A DNA stretch of 35,475 bases from Fonticula alba ATCC 38817 (Eukaryota > Protista > Nucleariida), in NCBI GenBank assembly GCA_000388065.2, contig KB932211.1; one strand, 5' to 3'. A program made the position numbers and the translations under genes. The notes beneath the pieces were generated by a model. It was given only the letters and a program-made list of their open reading frames with translations, searched no databases and had not been told where the DNA came from. Shown here piece after piece: positions 32,585-35,475 of the stretch (within the stretch, counting starts at the first letter, position 1; every line of letters begins with the position of its first letter).

Positions 32585-35175
32585 CGCGAGTGGAGGGCCT
32601 CCCGGATGTCAAGGCCTGTCGGCGTGCGAGCGGGATGCCGACCCCGTCGCCCGTGCGGGGCCTGGTCCCCGCCATTTTACCGCGCGGTCCCAATTCCCCC
32701 CTCGGCAGCTGCCCCGCCCCCTGGCCCGCTGGAGAACACCCACGAAAGGGGCCCCTCGTGGCTCGGTCTCCGGCGTAGGGCCACGGGAGCAGGGCCAACA
32801 GGGGAGAGCGCAAAGCCACGGAGGCGAGCACAAGCACAGGCGCGAGGAAAGCCGGCGCGTGGGGCGACCACCAAGCGAGGGCCCCCCATGCGCGACGTGC
32901 AGCCGGCTGCCAGGAAGAGACAAGGGGAGGCGCAGGATGGGATGGCACCGGGACCCGGCGGGGGGCCGTGCACACCGCCGCAGGCAGGGCACATGTGCAC
33001 GCACGGTGGCGACGGCCGCCGCGGCACCGGGGGATACTGCGCGTCCTGCCGCGTCGGACCCTCGGCTGGCCTCCGTCCACATGGAGCAACTGTCCACCGG
33101 TGGTCCCACCATGGCGGAGGGGCGGGGATGCCAGGCACGTGCGCGGCCGGGCCCGGCGCGACGCACACACGCGCCACTGCCGCGGCTCGCCGAAAAGGAC
33201 AAGAGCTTTGGCCAGGCGCGCGACAGGACGGGGCCACGGGCGGCCCACATCGAAGGGGGGGTGAAACATGGCCAGGCAGGGATGCGGGTCGCCCGGAAGC
33301 GGCGACACCTCCCGGCACACGCACCACGCCCCAGCTGGGGAAGCGGGCGGCAGGGACAGGCGCCGATGGGCCACGGCGCACCGGAGCGCACACGGCCCCC
33401 GGTGCGGCTCGACGGGTGCCAGGACAGCCGGCAAGCCGCCGTGGGCAACTGGACACACCCGGCAGTCGCCAAGACACCGGCCCACGCTGGCCGCCCGTCG
33501 CGGCCCAAGCCAGCCCGCTGGCAGTGGCCCCGGCTCGCGAGCACCCACTGCCCCGACCCGCCGGCTCCCTGCCGGACCTGGCCGCCCGTCGGACCCGGCG
33601 CTCGGCCCCGAGCCCCGGTCCCCGCGCCAGGGCACCGGGCGGGGGGCACTCCCCCAGGCCGCGGACGCGTCTCGGTGCGTGGGCCTCGTCCGGGGGAAAA
33701 CAAAACACACAGGCCTGGGGCCAGCTGTGCCGGCCCCCGGGCGCCCGGTCGGGGCGAGCCGAGGGGCGGCCATGAGCGAACGAGCAGCCAGCAGGGCAGA
33801 GGCCCGCCCTCGGACCGAGGCAGACATTGCCGCCGGCACGAGGGGCACGCCTGGCCATGGCGCCCGCGAAGGGCCGGCGAAAAGGGCAGCCCCCCGCCCC
33901 CCCCGGTGTGCACATGCTTCCCGAGCCGCCAGGGGAGGAGGACAAACCAATGGCCCGGGCAAACCCGATGCACGGCCCCAGCCGGCCTGCCAGTGGGGTG
34001 GCATGCACCCGGGCCTCGCGCGCCGCCGGGGGCCGGCCACCGAAGGGCCCCATGCCCGGACCGAGGGGAGGCTCCCGCTGGCCCACTGCCCGGCCCGAGG
34101 ACGAGTGCGCGCCGGTCGGCCTCCCTGCACGATGCATGCCAGTGGACCGACGCGCGTGCGCATGCAGGCGCACAGGGCCAGGGGCGCGGGCTCGACGCCC
34201 CGGGGCATGCCCGGCGACATGGGCCGCCGCCGGGCCCGTGTGCCCTAGCACTCCCCCCCCCCCCCCCCCCGGCACGAGCCGTACCAGGGCCCCGAGCATG
34301 CAGACATGTCCATGGTGACAAGCCGCGACATACGTGCAGCAGGCCGCCGAGGCTGCCCGGGCGCAAGCAGCACAGCTCGTGCACGCCATCCACAGCCGGG
34401 AGAGAGGCACCTGGCGAGATCCCGGCCGGCCGCCCCACCAGGCGACCATGTCGCGGGCCCCCGGACGACCCGCCGGACAGACCGGCACACGGGGGGACCC
34501 ATCGGCGCGCGGCCAGCCGGCACGCCCTCCCACGCGCAGCCCCCCCGGCCTGACCGACCGCAGCCAGGCGATGGCCATCGCCCTGGGACACGGCACAAGC
34601 GCCCGGGCCAATCGGCGGCTCCCGGCCGGAGCGCCCCACAGGGAGCCGGCGGCCTCCCGGACACCACGAGGCCCGGGGCAAGGCCCGGCACTCGGCACAA
34701 GGACGGGCACCCATCCTGCACGGCCACCAGGTGCAGCGCCTGGCCCGGGGCCGCCAGCCGCCCCGGCTCCGCAGGGACCGTCGCCCTCCCCGCAGACAGA
34801 GCACCGGGAAGCTGCATGGGCCGTGTCGGGCACATGTGCAACTCACCGACACCGGCGCCGGGGAGGCGGCCCGCTTTTTCTGCGTGGGCGGCGGCAGCAC
34901 CCCAGGACCCGGGCGACGGACGACCAACAGAATGGTCGCCGAGTGTTGAAAACGGGCCCCCGCCCAGCGGGTCAGGCGGGCAGCCAAGGGCGATGCTCAC
35001 CGCCCGCAGGGGTGGGACGCCACACCTGTCCCTTCCGGTTGCCTGGACCACTGGACCGCCGTGCTCCGGCAGCCAGAGACACAGAGGGAGCCGGAGGAGG
35101 GGGGCGGGCAAGGAAAGAAGGACACCCATTCGCCGAGCCGGCACTGGCGCACACGTGCCCCGGGCCCGGGCCAAG

Positions 35176-35475
35176 TGCCGGCCATCCTCGCATATGGCCG
35201 ACAACCGCCGAGCCAGGGCGAAGGGGGCTTCCGGTCGGCCAGCCGCGTCGAGCCAGCGGTGCCCGGGTCAGAACGAGCCGCTCGCTTCCTCACACTCGCG
35301 GGCCCGGCGCTCCGTGGAGGATGCGCGCCCGGGCCGACCGCAGGGGCCCGACGTCGGCGGGCATCGGCCGCAGCACGACCCCACAACAGAAAGGGGCGGT
35401 CCGCCGGTGCCGGCCGCGGCCGGTCGCGCGCCTCGCCCGATGCCACGCGCCACGCGGATGAGGCCCGGCGCCGGG
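35176..35475 (+). repeat. GC-rich dispersed repeat, copy 2 (runs off the window end)
   Basis: Matches 5975-6247 apart from scattered substitutions and a 27-bp insertion (GTCGGCGGGCATCGGCCGCAGCACGAC). Confidence 0.92.

Noticed and set aside
25364-35475. Long ORFs such as 29822-32182, 32609-34987, 32677-34833, 32523-34553 and 30207-32402
   Set aside because: They overlap in several frames, are P/G/A/R-rich, read through microsatellites and show no domain-like sequence. This is expected from stop-codon scarcity at high GC.

Overview
This is GC-rich eukaryotic genomic DNA with short spliceosomal introns, many microsatellites and poly-G/C runs, and five N gaps (604-1573, 11318-11352, 14585-14615, 18503-18523, 22978-23490). 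It is not prokaryotic, and most long ORFs in the track are GC-content artefacts. Three genes are supportable. (1) A minus-strand protein (ATG 3472, running into the gap at 1574) with a mitochondrial-presequence-like N-terminus and several helix-turn-helix-like motifs. (2) A 4-exon minus-strand FEN1/XPG-superfamily PIN nuclease, Asteroid-like (12132 to 7921, about 1077 aa), with its acidic catalytic motifs intact. (3) A plus-strand multi-exon gene (about 18.4-25.4 kb) whose core is ten tandem phase-0 exons of 240 bp (one 243 bp), each encoding one copy of an 80-aa beta-rich repeat I do not recognise. Two solo-LTR-like insertions have exact 5-bp target-site duplications (133-349 and 17301-17899), and the second is densely packed with hairpins. 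Also present: a fixed-spacing upstream motif seen three times, a diverged ~1 kb duplication, a ~270-300 bp dispersed repeat and a perfect 44-bp palindrome. I found no rRNA, tRNA or CRISPR array. The organism cannot be identified from sequence alone.
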